Shown here: positions 50,661 through 61,732 of the stretch, in pieces | Layout: each line of letters opens with the position of its first letter | Position numbering within the stretch: the first letter of the stretch is position 1 | Assembly (NCBI GenBank): GCA_963702845.1 | Contig: OY969763.1 | Span: forward strand, 4,960,001-5,024,000 | Source: an uncultured Verrucomicrobiae bacterium | GTDB taxonomy: Bacteria > Verrucomicrobiota > Verrucomicrobiia > Limisphaerales > Palsa-1400 | DNA: 64,000 nucleotides | Direction: 5' to 3' | Program-made: the position numbers and the translations under genes | The notes under the pieces: generated by a model | The model's input: only the letters and a program-made list of their open reading frames with translations | What the model was told of the DNA's origin: nothing | Database searches by the model: none

Positions 50661-52382
50661 CTATTTGCGCAGTCGATACGACTTCACCGGAAGACCAACC
50701 GTATTATTCGTGGCCGTTACCTTGCCGCCAATAATCTGCGTCCCGTTCGTGTCGTTCGCCCAAACAGTGTTCGTGCTCAGCAAATTGGTCGCCGATTGCA
50801 AAAGAAAACCCGGCGCATTGGTCGTCCACGAAACCCGCACCGTGCTTGCATTAAGATTCGTCACGCCGAGGATCAGCGGTTCGATAAAGAACGTGCTGGA
50901 ATTCACATTACCACCAATCGTAAACACCGTGATTGGCCCAGTCGAGGCACCGAATGGAACGGTCGTGGTCAAAGAATTGGTAGTTGCACTAATGAGCGGC
51001 GCTTTTACGCCATTAAACTGTATATTCGTCACACCAAAAAAATTCGTTCCCAAAAGAGTCACATCAACCCCAATAACACCCGCTGGCGGATTGACTGAGG
51101 CAATCACCGGCGCTCCAAAAAACGCATCCAAACTTTGCACAGAGCCACCCGGTGTCGTCACAGTCACCTGCCCGCTCGTCGGCCCTCCTGGGACAATGGC
51201 GTTGATCTGCGTGTTCGCCACTACCGTGTAAGAGGTTGCATTGACTCCGCTGAACAGCACCGACGTCGCGTTCGTTAAATTGCTCCCAATAATCGTCACC
51301 GTCGCTCCAATCGCCGCAATCGTCGGCGAAATACTGGTAATCGTCGGCGGAAGGAAAAAATTTGTCGACGATGACGTCGTTCCATCGCTCGATTGCACCG
51401 TAATCGGCCCGGACGTCGCGCTGAACGGCACGAGCGCTTGGAGTTGGTTGAAGTTCGTCGACGTAATCAACGCCTGAGCTCCATTGAAACGCACCACCAA
51501 ACCGCTGCCGTTCAGGTTTGTGCCAACGATAGTGATTAACGTTCCGATGTTCCCCGCAAACGGCGAAAAGGACACAATATCCGGAAGCACAAAGAAATTT
51601 GTCGACGAGATGAAGTGCCCTCCCGGCGTAAACACGTGCAACACTCCAGTGGTCGCGTTCTCAGGAACCGTCGCCGTGATCTGCGTATTCGAATTGGTCG
51701 TATACACGATCGCATTGAGAGCACCAAATGCGACGTTCGTCACGCCAAAGAAGTTCGTGCCTTTGATGACAACATTTGTTCCTGGGCGGCAGTTCGCAGG
51801 CGAAAAACTCGTCGCCCCGGGCGGAAAATAAAACAGATTTGAACTCGTCCAAGCACCCGCGGCCGTCGTTGCGGTGAGTGGACCTGTCGTCGCACTGGCG
51901 GGAATGATGACCGTCAAGTGCTGATCATCCGTGGGTACGAAATACGATGCTCCTGTCCCGTTGAACTTGATCGTGCCCGCGCCGCTGGCAAAAGGGGTGA
52001 AATGCGCACCCGTGAGAGTTATTGAACTACCGACCGCCCCGCTTGCCGGGAAGCTCGCGATGTAAGGTCCAGCGCCAATGGTAGTAAATGAATCAGCACT
52101 GGTTCCGCTTGTGCCTCCTTTCTTCACGGTGATCGGCCCAGCCGCGGGCGTTCCTGACGGAACAAACGCATTAATCTGCGTGCCGAACTGATCAGCGACC
52201 GCGAACGCTGCAGCATGACCGTTGAAGTCAACTTCAGTCGCACCCGTAAACCCGGTGCCGGTAATATTCACAGGGTCGCCCGGTTGACCGTAGGCTGGAG
52301 AAAAACCAGTAATCGTCTGCCCACCCGCCGCAACGGCGAATAAACAGAGCGCGAACAGATAGCAAAAAGGACGAAGTTGCAC
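50661..52382 (-). CDS. Secreted IPT/TIG-repeat protein with Verrucomicrobia-type C-terminal domain
   Basis: Six PxIxSFSP...VTIxGxNF...VPxxATxGPITV repeats; start placed at GTG 52382 (uncertain). Confidence 0.82.
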   Translation of the reverse strand: MQLRPFCYLFALCLFAVAAGGQTITGFSPAYGQPGDPVNITGTGFTGATEVDFNGHAAAFAVADQFGTQINAFVPSGTPAAGPITVKKGGTSGTSADSFTTIGAGPYIASFPASGAVGSSITLTGAHFTPFASGAGTIKFNGTGASYFVPTDDQHLTVIIPASATTGPLTATTAAGAWTSSNLFYFPPGATSFSPANCRPGTNVVIKGTNFFGVTNVAFGALNAIVYTTNSNTQITATVPENATTGVLHVFTPGGHFISSTNFFVLPDIVSFSPFAGNIGTLITIVGTNLNGSGLVVRFNGAQALITSTNFNQLQALVPFSATSGPITVQSSDGTTSSSTNFFLPPTITSISPTIAAIGATVTIIGSNLTNATSVLFSGVNATSYTVVANTQINAIVPGGPTSGQVTVTTPGGSVQSLDAFFGAPVIASVNPPAGVIGVDVTLLGTNFFGVTNIQFNGVKAPLISATTNSLTTTVPFGASTGPITVFTIGGNVNSSTFFIEPLILGVTNLNASTVRVSWTTNAPGFLLQSATNLLSTNTVWANDTNGTQIIGGKVTATNNTVGLPVKSYRLRK

Positions 52383-52628
52383 GGTTGTGATGTCGTTTAA
52401 GGATTCAACCCACTCACCGATTTTTGTATCACGGCGGCCCATTTCGAACAAGCCGATTATGAGCAAATTCAACAAAGTGCGACGGACCAAATCCCTTGCA
52501 ACTCTCTGCGCCTTCGCTCCTTTGCATTGAAACCAATAATTCGAAACCCAACCTTCCTATCCCACTGATTATCAATGGAACACTCGCATTTCCTCTCACG
52601 GCAAGACTCCTGCTCTATCAACCCTGAG

Positions 52629-53318
52629 ATGCAATATTTGAAGAGCGATTTTTTCAGCGCCCTGAACATGAACTGGTTCGACCTTGCGGTCGTTGTCTGG
52701 TTGATCGTCGGTGTTTTCCGTGGACGCAAGCACGGCATGTCCCAAGAGCTGCTGCCGTTGACGCAATGGATCGCCTTCGTCGTAGTTGCCAGTCTCTTTT
52801 ACATCCAAATCGCGCACCCGCTCGCGCAACGCACCGGTCTCACCCTTTTGCCATGCGCCATCGCCACATACTGCTTCCTCGGTTGCCTGGTTTATGGTTT
52901 GCTCGGAAATCTTAAAAAGAAGCTCGACGACAAATTCCAGGAAGGCGATTACTTCGGCTCCGGTGAATACTATCTCGGCATGACCTCGGGCGTCATTCGT
53001 TTCATCTGCATTCTCATCGCTTTTTTAGCCGTAATGAATTCCCGCATCATCACCAAGGCCGAACGGGAGGCCACCCTCAAGATGCAGGAAAAAAACTTTG
53101 AAGGCGTTCGCTTCCCGACTTACGGCGAAGTCCAGAGCGCCGTGTTATTCGAATCGGCCACCGGCAATTTCGTCCGCGCTTATCTGCCGCACTTTCTCAT
53201 CGCACCCGTCAACGCAAACGACGCCCCCACGCCTCAACTCCTTCACGCCACTAGTAAGGCCGTGGCAAAATCCACCACCAGCAACGACGGCGGCCTGAAA
53301 ATCACCTTCGCGAAATAA
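52629..53318 (+). CDS. CvpA (colicin V production) family membrane protein
   Basis: NWFDLAVVVWLIVGVFRGRKHGMSQEL; four TM helices; LGMTSGVIR. Confidence 0.75.
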   Translation: MQYLKSDFFSALNMNWFDLAVVVWLIVGVFRGRKHGMSQELLPLTQWIAFVVVASLFYIQIAHPLAQRTGLTLLPCAIATYCFLGCLVYGLLGNLKKKLDDKFQEGDYFGSGEYYLGMTSGVIRFICILIAFLAVMNSRIITKAEREATLKMQEKNFEGVRFPTYGEVQSAVLFESATGNFVRAYLPHFLIAPVNANDAPTPQLLHATSKAVAKSTTSNDGGLKITFAK

Positions 53319-53477
53319 TCGTCACACGCGATTCTTTCCTCCTGTCGGCAAGTATCGGCAGTCATCTTTTCCCATTCAGTTTCCGTCGATGGTTACTTCC
53401 ACCTAACCAAAAAATGGCGCGACAATGCCAAAATACGGCTTTTGCCCTAACCGCTCCATGTTATCTTCATTCACACT

Positions 53478-54638
53478 GTGAAGAGAAAGTTATCTGGAAC
53501 TGCGTTGATCGTCTTTGTCAGCGGATTGGCATTATTCGCGCGTGACGACATTCGCACCTATACCATCCCCAAAGAACGTCCCTCGTCACAAGCTCAAGCC
53601 GAAGCTCCCACCTCGCAGGCTGAATCCTCTGCCCCTGTTAAATGGACCGCCCCGAGCGGTTGGCAGGAACGCGCCCCCGGCAACATGGTCATCGGCAGTC
53701 TCGCTGTTCCCGGCAAAGACGGCAAAAGCGCCGATGTCAGCATCACCACTTTCCCAGGCGACGTCGGCGGCGAATTGGCCAACCTGAATCGTTGGCGCAC
53801 TCAACTCGGCCTGCCCCCGGTTTCCGACCCCGGCAAGAGCGAAGCACTCACTGTTGGCGGCGAGACCGGCAAGCTTTACGAACTGAGCAACGATAACGCG
53901 AGCATCTTCGTCGCTTCGATTCCTCGCAACGGTGCAACCTGGTTCTTTAAACTCAAAGGCGACAAAGAAACTGTCGAGAGTTCCAAACCCGCTTTCCGCG
54001 AATTTTTGAAGTCCATCCAATTTACCGATTCCGGTGAGACCGCCAGCGCAGCAGACCCCCATGGTGCATTGGCGAATGTTCCGGCCAACGGTGCCGACCC
54101 TCACGCTGGGCTTAACATCCCGGCTGTGACGGACGCCTCCGACCCGCATGCGGGCGTCGCCAAGCCAGATGGCGATCCGCATGCAGGACTCGGCACAACG
54201 CCTGACGCCGACAGCACTGGTCCCAAGATGGACATCCCGTCCAACTGGACGGAAAAACCGGCCGGCCAAATGGTGCTTAAGAGTTACAGCGTTGCCGGCT
54301 CGAAAGGCGGACAGGCGACCGTCGCCATCAGCACCTTCCCCGGCGATGTCGGTGGCAAACTGCCCAACGTAAATCGTTGGTGCCGCCAGATGGGCAAACC
54401 CGAAGTCGATGATTCTCAGCTAAATACCGTCGCCCCAGCTTTCGAAACACAAGGCGGCACCGGCTATTCCGTCGATATCGACGGCACTGACGTCAAAACC
54501 GGCAAACCCGCGCACCTCGTTGCCGTCGCCGTCCCGCACGACGGAAACACCTGGTTTTACAAATTCTTGGGCGACAAGGACACAGTTAAAGAATCGAAGG
54601 CCGCCTTCTTGAAATTCGTCAAAAGTGTGCGCTACTAA
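53478..54638 (+). CDS. Exported two-domain hypothetical protein with DPHAG-repeat linker
   Basis: Duplicated domain (PSxW..., FPGDVGGxLxNxNRW, TWFxK); four DPH(A)G motifs between the copies. Confidence 0.8.
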   Translation: MKRKLSGTALIVFVSGLALFARDDIRTYTIPKERPSSQAQAEAPTSQAESSAPVKWTAPSGWQERAPGNMVIGSLAVPGKDGKSADVSITTFPGDVGGELANLNRWRTQLGLPPVSDPGKSEALTVGGETGKLYELSNDNASIFVASIPRNGATWFFKLKGDKETVESSKPAFREFLKSIQFTDSGETASAADPHGALANVPANGADPHAGLNIPAVTDASDPHAGVAKPDGDPHAGLGTTPDADSTGPKMDIPSNWTEKPAGQMVLKSYSVAGSKGGQATVAISTFPGDVGGKLPNVNRWCRQMGKPEVDDSQLNTVAPAFETQGGTGYSVDIDGTDVKTGKPAHLVAVAVPHDGNTWFYKFLGDKDTVKESKAAFLKFVKSVRY

Positions 54639-54711
54639 GCCGGTATTTTAGGTAAGGCATGTGCGACCCGGAAATTCCGGCTCCGCGTGCCCGATAAGTT
54701 GAAACAAATTT

Positions 54712-55980
54712 GTGAACAAGCTGCTAAAGATCCTGACATCCATCCGGCTAACCGTCATCTGCCTGTGCTTCGGCATCGCGCTCGTATTCATCGGCACGAT
54801 CGCTCAGGTCGATGAGGGCCTTTATCAGGCGCAAAACCGTTATTTCCGCAGCTTGTTGATTTGGTGGTCGCCCGGTGATAGTCATCTCCATATTCCCATT
54901 TTTCCCGGCGGTTACCTGGTCGGTGGCCTACTTTTGGCGAACCTCATCGCCGCGCACGTCACACGCTTCAAACTCAGCAAACACAAAATCGGTATCTTGC
55001 TCACGCACTTCGGTTTGATCCTGTTGTTTGTCGGCCAATTCGCCACCGACCTATTCTCTCACGAAAGCGCCATGCGCCTAACTGAAGGCGAGTCGAAGAA
55101 CTTTTCCGAAGCGTTTCGCTCGACTGAATTGGCGTTGGTCGACACCTCCGACGCAAACAGCGATCGAGTTTATGCCGTCTCTGATTCGTTGCTGGAGAAA
55201 AAGAAAACAATCCAGAGCGATAAATTGCCCGTGACAGTCAACGTGAAGAACTATTGGCCGAACGCGACCTTATTCCGCACGCCCGCTATCGCCACCAACA
55301 TTCCCAAAGGAACGATTCTCCCGAAAGACCTCGGCGTCACCGGTGGCGATCTCGACGGTTACTGCGTTCTTCCGCAAGCTCCCGTTACCGACACCGAACA
55401 TCGCAACATCCCGGCGGCGCTGGTCGAATTTGCCGAAGGCGACAAGCCGCTCGGCACATATCTCGTCACTGCCGCGCTTGACGCCAACCAACCGCTCAGC
55501 GTCAACGGCAAGTCCTACGAAGTCTCCCTGCGTTTCGAACGGGAATATTATCCGTTCAGCCTCACCTTGCTCAAAGCGACGCATGAACAATATAAAGGCA
55601 CGGACATCCCGAAGAATTTTGCCAGTCGCGTGCGCATTGAAAATCCTGAAAAACATGAAGCGCGCGAAACCGTCATTTACATGAACAACCCGCTGCGTTA
55701 CGCCGGCCTGACCTTTTTCCAATTTCAAATGGAAGCAGCGGAAATGCACCAAGCCGGCCAAGCATCGTCGACGTTCCAGGTCGTCCGCAATCCAAGCTGG
55801 TTGACGCCGTATCTCGCCTGCATCCTCGTCGCGCTCGGGCTGATCATCCAATTCATGACGCACCTTTTCAAGTTCGCCACCAAACGCCGCGCTCCAGCGG
55901 CAGAAAACGCAAAGACGCAAAGAGGCAAAGACGCGAAGAAGGAAAAGGTTAACGTTGCGCAGGAGGTTTCACTTTCATGA
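54712..55980 (+). CDS. ResB/CcsB-like cytochrome c biogenesis protein
   Basis: LTSIRLTV...IGTIAQ, GILLTHFG, PKNFASRV, IYMNNPLRYAGLTFFQ; upstream of ccsA. Confidence 0.82.
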   Translation: MNKLLKILTSIRLTVICLCFGIALVFIGTIAQVDEGLYQAQNRYFRSLLIWWSPGDSHLHIPIFPGGYLVGGLLLANLIAAHVTRFKLSKHKIGILLTHFGLILLFVGQFATDLFSHESAMRLTEGESKNFSEAFRSTELALVDTSDANSDRVYAVSDSLLEKKKTIQSDKLPVTVNVKNYWPNATLFRTPAIATNIPKGTILPKDLGVTGGDLDGYCVLPQAPVTDTEHRNIPAALVEFAEGDKPLGTYLVTAALDANQPLSVNGKSYEVSLRFEREYYPFSLTLLKATHEQYKGTDIPKNFASRVRIENPEKHEARETVIYMNNPLRYAGLTFFQFQMEAAEMHQAGQASSTFQVVRNPSWLTPYLACILVALGLIIQFMTHLFKFATKRRAPAAENAKTQRGKDAKKEKVNVAQEVSLS

Positions 55981-58061
55981 CAAACGACAATCAAACTACC
56001 TCTGCTTCGCGCCTCGGCGCCATTGCGTTGAAAATTTTGCCATGGTGTTTTTTCGCATTGTTCGCGACCGAAATTATTGTCGTGTTCGGGCCAAAGAGCG
56101 ACAAAGCCGGTTTTAAAACGCGCGAGTTCGGTGCGTTGCCTGTGTCTGTTCAATGGTCGTATTCAGCCCTTCGATTCCGTTGGCCTCAATTCCCTGCGCC
56201 AAATCCGCAGCACCAGCGACGTCCCGCTGGAATACGTTACGAATAAACTCGGCGTCGTGGAGGAAGTTCCGGGTTGGAAATTCTGGCACCATCCGAAAAA
56301 GCTGAAATCCACCGAATGGTTGATGGAAGTGATGTTCAAATCGGAACAGGCCGATGAGCGTCCGATTTTCCTCATCCACCATCCAGACATTTCTGGCCGA
56401 ATTGAAACTCGGCGACAAAGGCATCGAAAATTCCGGCCTGCGCTATTACACGTTCAATCAGCTCAAGCCGCTGATGATCGGAAATCTGGGATCAAGCCGG
56501 CCTGGCATATCAAGCCGACGAAAAGCAACGGTCTCCACTGCAGAAGCAGGTCATCAAGCTGCAAAACGCGCTTTTCCTCTATGAAAACTTGAAGGTCGCC
56601 ATCGTGCCGCCCTATTTCGACGATTTTGCCGCTGCAATATAAGAGCTGGGAGAAAACGATCCGCGCCCGGGCATGGCCGCCATCGAAGCGCAACAAGCCC
56701 ACAAAACTTACGACACCAATGCACTGGAACATTCTGGATGCCGGTCAGCGCCGCCTAGGCAGTTCTCCACCAACCAATATGCCGGCCGTTATTACCCAAT
56801 GGTGGTTCCGCCACCGGACCCCAACCGAACCGCGATAACTGGGGCAACATCGGTCAAAGGCTTCCTTGACGTCGCCAGCGAAAAGAACCGCGGTTATCAA
56901 CCCGTCCGCAACTTCGCCACCATGGCCACCGCTTATAGCAAGGCGACACTGCCGAATTCAACAAAGCGCTCGTCGAATACAAGAGCTGGTTGCAGCAAAA
57001 ATTCGCGCCTGAAGTTAAAAAGGGTAGCGAAGAGTTTTATCTTCAACGACACCAAGCCATTCCTGCACGCGACGATCATTTACATTTTCGCGTTTGTGCT
57101 CGCCGGATTTTCGTTGCTGACGTTCTCGGCATTGCGCCGACTTTCGGAATCGCTGCGCAAATCGTCGTTTTATCTCGTCATGCTCGCGGGCGTCGTTCAT
57201 ACGTTCGGCCTGATTTTCCGTATGTATCTGGAAGGCCGGCCGCCGGTCACCAATCTTTATTCGTCCGCGATTTTCATCGGTTGGGGTGCGATGATTCTCG
57301 GCCTTGTCCTGGAACGAATTTATCGCGTCGGCATCGGCGTCGCAGTGGCGTCGTTGCCGGTTTCATCACATTGCTGATCGCCCACAACCTCGCCCTCGGC
57401 GGCGACACAATGGAAATGATGCGCGCCGTGCTCGATACCAATTTCTGGCTCGCGACCCATGTCGTTGTCGTCACGCTCGGTTACGCCTCCACCTTCGTCG
57501 CCGGTTTCCTCGCGATCGTTTACGTCGCTCTCGGCTGGACCACGCGCTTGCTCGCGCCAAACGCCGCCGCGACACGCGCTCCGTCCGGAGCCGCCGATTC
57601 CACCGGACCTCGGCAAATCACTGGCCAAAATGGTTTACGGCATCGTCTGCTTCGCCACGTTATTCAGCTTCGTCGGAACCGTTCTCGGCGGCATCTGGGC
57701 CGACCAATCGTGGGGCCGTTTCTGGGGCTGGGATCCGAAAGAAAACGGCGCGCTCATCATCGTCCTCTGGAACGCGCTCATCCTCCACGCCCGCTGGGGC
57801 GGCATGGTTCGCGAACGCGGCCTGATGGCGATGGCCATCTTCGGCAACATCGTGACGAGCTTGTCCTGGTTCGGCGTGAACATGCTCGGCGTCGGCCTCC
57901 ACTCCTACGGTTTCATGGACCAGGCGTTCTGGTGGCTGATCGCCTTTGATATCAGCCAATTGTTACTCATCGTGATGACAGTCATCCCGACGCATTACTG
58001 GAAGAGTTTCAAACGTGATGACGGAACAGGTCCAGCGCTGACAACACCAGCCGCTGCATAG
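55977..58061 (+). CDS. ccsA: Cytochrome c biogenesis protein CcsA/ResC, broken by multiple frameshifts (probable assembly errors)
   Basis: Fragments in successive frames: FNGRIQPFDS, GRPPVTNLYSS, VLDTNFWLATHV, GGIWADQSWGRFWGWDPKENGAL, GVGLHSYG. Confidence 0.85.
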
Positions 58062-58128
58062 CACTAGCGCGATTCGACGACTCTTGAAATGACAACCAAG
58101 CGCGGGCCGCGCTAAATTTTCGTCGTGA

Positions 58129-58159
58129 ACTGATTACTGCTCACCGGTTACTGCTTACT
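58129..58159. repeat. Heptamer array (ACTGMTT)x4 upstream of mnmA
   Basis: actgatt actgctc accggtt actgctt act; related units at 49467-49512. Confidence 0.65.
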
Positions 58160-58194
58160 TCCTTTTTCCCCATTTCCTCGTATCTTCTGTGGCT

Positions 58195-59272
58195 ATGGCC
58201 AAAACCCGCGTCGTCATTGGGATGAGCGGCGGCGTTGATTCGTCCGCTGCGGCAGCCTTGCTTTTCGAGCAGGGCTATGACGTCGTCGGCATCACTCTCA
58301 AGCTGTGGCCGCAGGATTGCGTCTCTCGTGCCGAAGACAAATGTTGCGGCCCGCAAGCGGTCACGGACGCTCGCAGCGTCTGTCACAAGCTCGGCATTCC
58401 TTACTATCTCATCGACGAAGCCGACGCGTTCCAAAAGCAGGTCATCGCGTATTTCGCTGAGGAATACAAAGCCGGCCGCACGCCAAACCCTTGCGTCATG
58501 TGCAATGAAAAGTTGAAGTTCGGCGCGTTGCTCGACCGCGCCCGCCAACTCGGCGGCGATTTCATCGCAACCGGCCATTTCGCCCGCGTGGAAAAAAATG
58601 CCGAAGGCTCCCGCACCCTGTTGAAACGCGGCCTCGATCCGCGCAAAGACCAAAGCTATTTCCTTTTCTCGCTGCGACAGGACCAACTTGCGCACGCCAT
58701 GTTTCCGCTCGGTTTTAAGACGAAGCAGGACACGCGCGAAGTGGCCCGGCACTGCAATCTCAAGACCGCCGACAAAGAAGAGAGCATGGAAATTTGTTTC
58801 GTGCCGGACAACGATTACGGCGCGTTTCTTTCAAAAGCGAACCTCGTCCAACCGCACAAGGTGAAATCGTTGACCTGCAGGGCCGCATTCTCGGTCATCA
58901 CAAGGGAATTGAGTTTTACACCATCGGCCAGCGCAAAGGCCTCGGCATCACATCGCCGAAACCCTTTATGTCATCGAACTCGACGCCGCAAACAACCGCG
59001 TCGTCGTCGGTGATGACTCAGCTTTGGATCGCGATGAATTTGTGATCGAACGTTGCAACTGGATTCCATTCGAGAATCCGCCGGCGCAAATCGAAGCGAC
59101 GGCGAAAATTCGTTACAATCACCCTGGCGCGCCGGCGACAATTACTCCGCTCGACGACGGCAAAGCAAAAGTGAAGATGCACACTATTCAACGCGCGATC
59201 ACGCCCGGGCAGGCGTGTGTGTTGTATCAGGACGACCTAGTGGTCGGCGGCGGTTGGATTGCTCGCGGTTAA
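58195..59272 (+). CDS. mnmA: tRNA 2-thiouridylase, two single-base frameshifts (probable sequencing errors)
   Basis: [35 protein letters not shown], then [11 protein letters not shown] and [10 protein letters not shown] in shifted frames. Confidence 0.93.
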
Positions 59273-59371
59273 AACAATCGCGCCCGCCACGCCAAGCTTT
59301 GGACGTGGTACATTGGGGTCGGACGATTTCCAACGAAATAGGGCTCCTGTGCTTCCGAAGTGGGCATCGAC

Positions 59372-60764
59372 TCACTGATTTTCTTTCCCGTCCGACTTTT
59401 TCATCAGAATATTTTTGCGACATGTGCACGAAACGACCACGCCGCCACCAGCACGCGGTTTGATGGACGCCGTTCCGCCGATCATTCGCGCGCGATGTTG
59501 AATGACGCGCAGTCCCATGCCGGTATTTCGCGGTCCGTTCTTAGGCAACCCGCAGCCGTTATCCTGGATGCGTAACACGACACCCGACGTCGTCACCTTC
59601 AACGAAATCAAAATTTCATTCGCCTTGCCGTGCTTGATCGCATTCGTCGTCGCCTCCTGCGCGATGCGATACAAATGCACCGCAACCGCATTGTCGGCGA
59701 TCCGAATATCGGGATCGCACTTGAACTCGCACTTCACGTTGAAGAACGTCTGCATGTTTTCGGCCAATTGCTGCAGCGCCGTATCGATGTCGTTACTTTC
59801 CAGAACCGTCGGGCACAATCCACGCGACATCCGACGCGCTTGCACCAACGCATCATTGATCAAGCTCGCGATCGTCCCGGCATCCGACGCCTCTTCGCGA
59901 CCGCGCGCTTCCAAGCGGTTCTGGAGCGTCTTGGCCATGAAAGCAATTCCGGTCAGAGCCTGGCCCAGGCCGTCGTGGAGATCCTGGCCGATGCGCCGCT
60001 GCTCGCGCTCGCTCACCTGTTGGATTTCGCGCTCAAGATCGCGACTCTCCGTCACGTCGCGCAAAATGCTCAGATTCAAATCCGCCGCCAATTTGCTTGC
60101 CGAAAACTCGATGTAACGCCGTTCCCCATTAGCGCGGCAAACCGACAATTCACCCAATCCATCCTCGCGATGATCCGTGCGAACCTCTTCGGCGTTCAGC
60201 ACCAGGTCCGACCACTTCATCTTGAGCAACCGGTCGCGCGAAGCCCCGAGCAACTTGCACGCGGCGCCGTTGACTTCCACGAATTGCCCATGGTCATCCG
60301 AAATCAAAATCGCATCCATGCTGCGTTCGAACAGCAAACGAAAGCGCTCATTGCTTCGCTGCAATGCGTGAAACGTCGCCGCCTGCTGCACCGAATAGCG
60401 GATCGAACGTTCCAGCACGGTCGGGTCCAGCTTATCTTTCAGCAAATAATCCGCCGCACCGAGTTCAGCCGCCTGCGCGTCGACTTCCGGATCAACCGCT
60501 CCCGTCAGCATGATAATGGGCGCCGACAATCCGAAGTCATTCGCCTCACGCAGCAAATCCAAGCCCGTTTTGGCCCCGAGATAATGGTCGAGCAGATAAA
60601 CGTCGTGCCGCTGCTCGCGCATTTTGGCGAGGCCCTCCTCGTAATTCCCAGACCATTCGATTTCGTACAGTTTTTCCGGGAATGTTCCTCAGCATCCGAC
60701 GCAGAAGAATCGAAAAAACCTCTTCGTCATCGATCAGCAGAACGCGTAAAGGTGGGTGCTCCAT
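59372..60764 (-). CDS. Receiver-PAS-HisKA_3 hybrid sensor kinase, one frameshift near 60673
   Basis: RVLLIDDE in ORF 60546-60764 joins VYLLDHYLG; IGQDLHDGLGQ, LYRIAQEATTNAIKH, DNGCG. Confidence 0.85.
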
Positions 60765-60984
60765 CGCAAAAGAAATATTTTAAGTTTAAATCAGGACATC
60801 AACATCGGGACATCAGATGCTCAAGTACCTCCTACAGGCACCTGAAAAATTTGCAACCCGACCTTTGCGTAAGTGAAAACATTGGCCACGTTAATGGTCA
60901 CGGACGCGGTCCGGGTATTCGGTTGGTTGTGAGGATATTATCCATGTCGCAAAACAACGCTTCAAGGGAAATCGCCCCTCGAAC

Positions 60985-61070
60985 CGCGTAGCGGTTCTTG
61001 AAGGTAGCCGTGGGTTTTAACCACGAATGAGACGTCAAAAGAGGGTTGTGTCGCGTAGCGACACATGAAC
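60985..61070. repeat. REP-like palindromic element
   Basis: gaaggtagccgtgg-gttttaa-ccacg and tgtgtcgc-gta-gcgacaca hairpins. Confidence 0.6.
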
Positions 61071-61159
61071 CCGAAAAAACCGAAACATACCCACTGCATG
61101 TGGCTAACCGGGGCTGGCTTCAATGGCTATCCCCTATCATGTGGTGCGCGCAAAAAAAC

Positions 61160-61558
61160 GATTTTGGAAGGGCTGTAAGCCGAATTTTGTCTGAACTCTT
61201 GCGAGTCGAGAGAATCATTTGTCTCAGCAGCCGATACCCGGGACCTGTCCCGCTTTCGCGGAACTCAGAGCGGGCCGCTCCAGGGTCCCCTATTTGGCCT
61301 TGCACCCGATGGGGTTTTCCGTGCCACTGCCATTACTGGCAGCGCGGTGGGCTCTTACCCCACCTTTTCACCCTTACCGGCGCATTGCTGCACCGGCGGT
61401 TTATTTTCTGTGGCACTTTCCGTCAACGCAGCCTCACGACTGCATTGCCCGCGTGTATCCCGGAATCAAGTTCCAGGTTACGCGGCATCGCGCCCTCTAG
61501 TGTTCGGACTTTCCTCCCCGTCCTTGCGGACAGAGCGATCCTCCACCCTTCCAAAATC
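61160..61558 (-). ncRNA. rnpB: RNase P RNA (bacterial type A)
   Basis: Minus strand has GAGGAAAGTCCGAAC, AGTGCCACAGAAA, GGGTGAAAAGGTGGGGTAAGAGCCCACCG and ACAAAATTCGGCTTA; 13-bp terminal P1 stem gattttggaaggg/cccttccaaaatc. Confidence 0.97.
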
Positions 61559-61732
61559 ACGCACATCATACCGCGAATCCCCCTCTTTACAAGACGCCCT
61601 GCCGACCAGAAGCCAACATGCTCGAACACTCCCGCGTTTACTGTAAAACATTTTCATGCTTTCCCCGATAGGTCGTTTGCTTGTCTGTATTTAGTAAGTG
61701 AGGACAATGGGGTCGCGCCAACCATCCCAAAT

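Noticed and set aside
61046..61732. 229-aa N-terminal extension of the TonB-dependent receptor ORF
   Set aside because: It is the antisense read-through of rnpB. The signal peptide starts at 61733.
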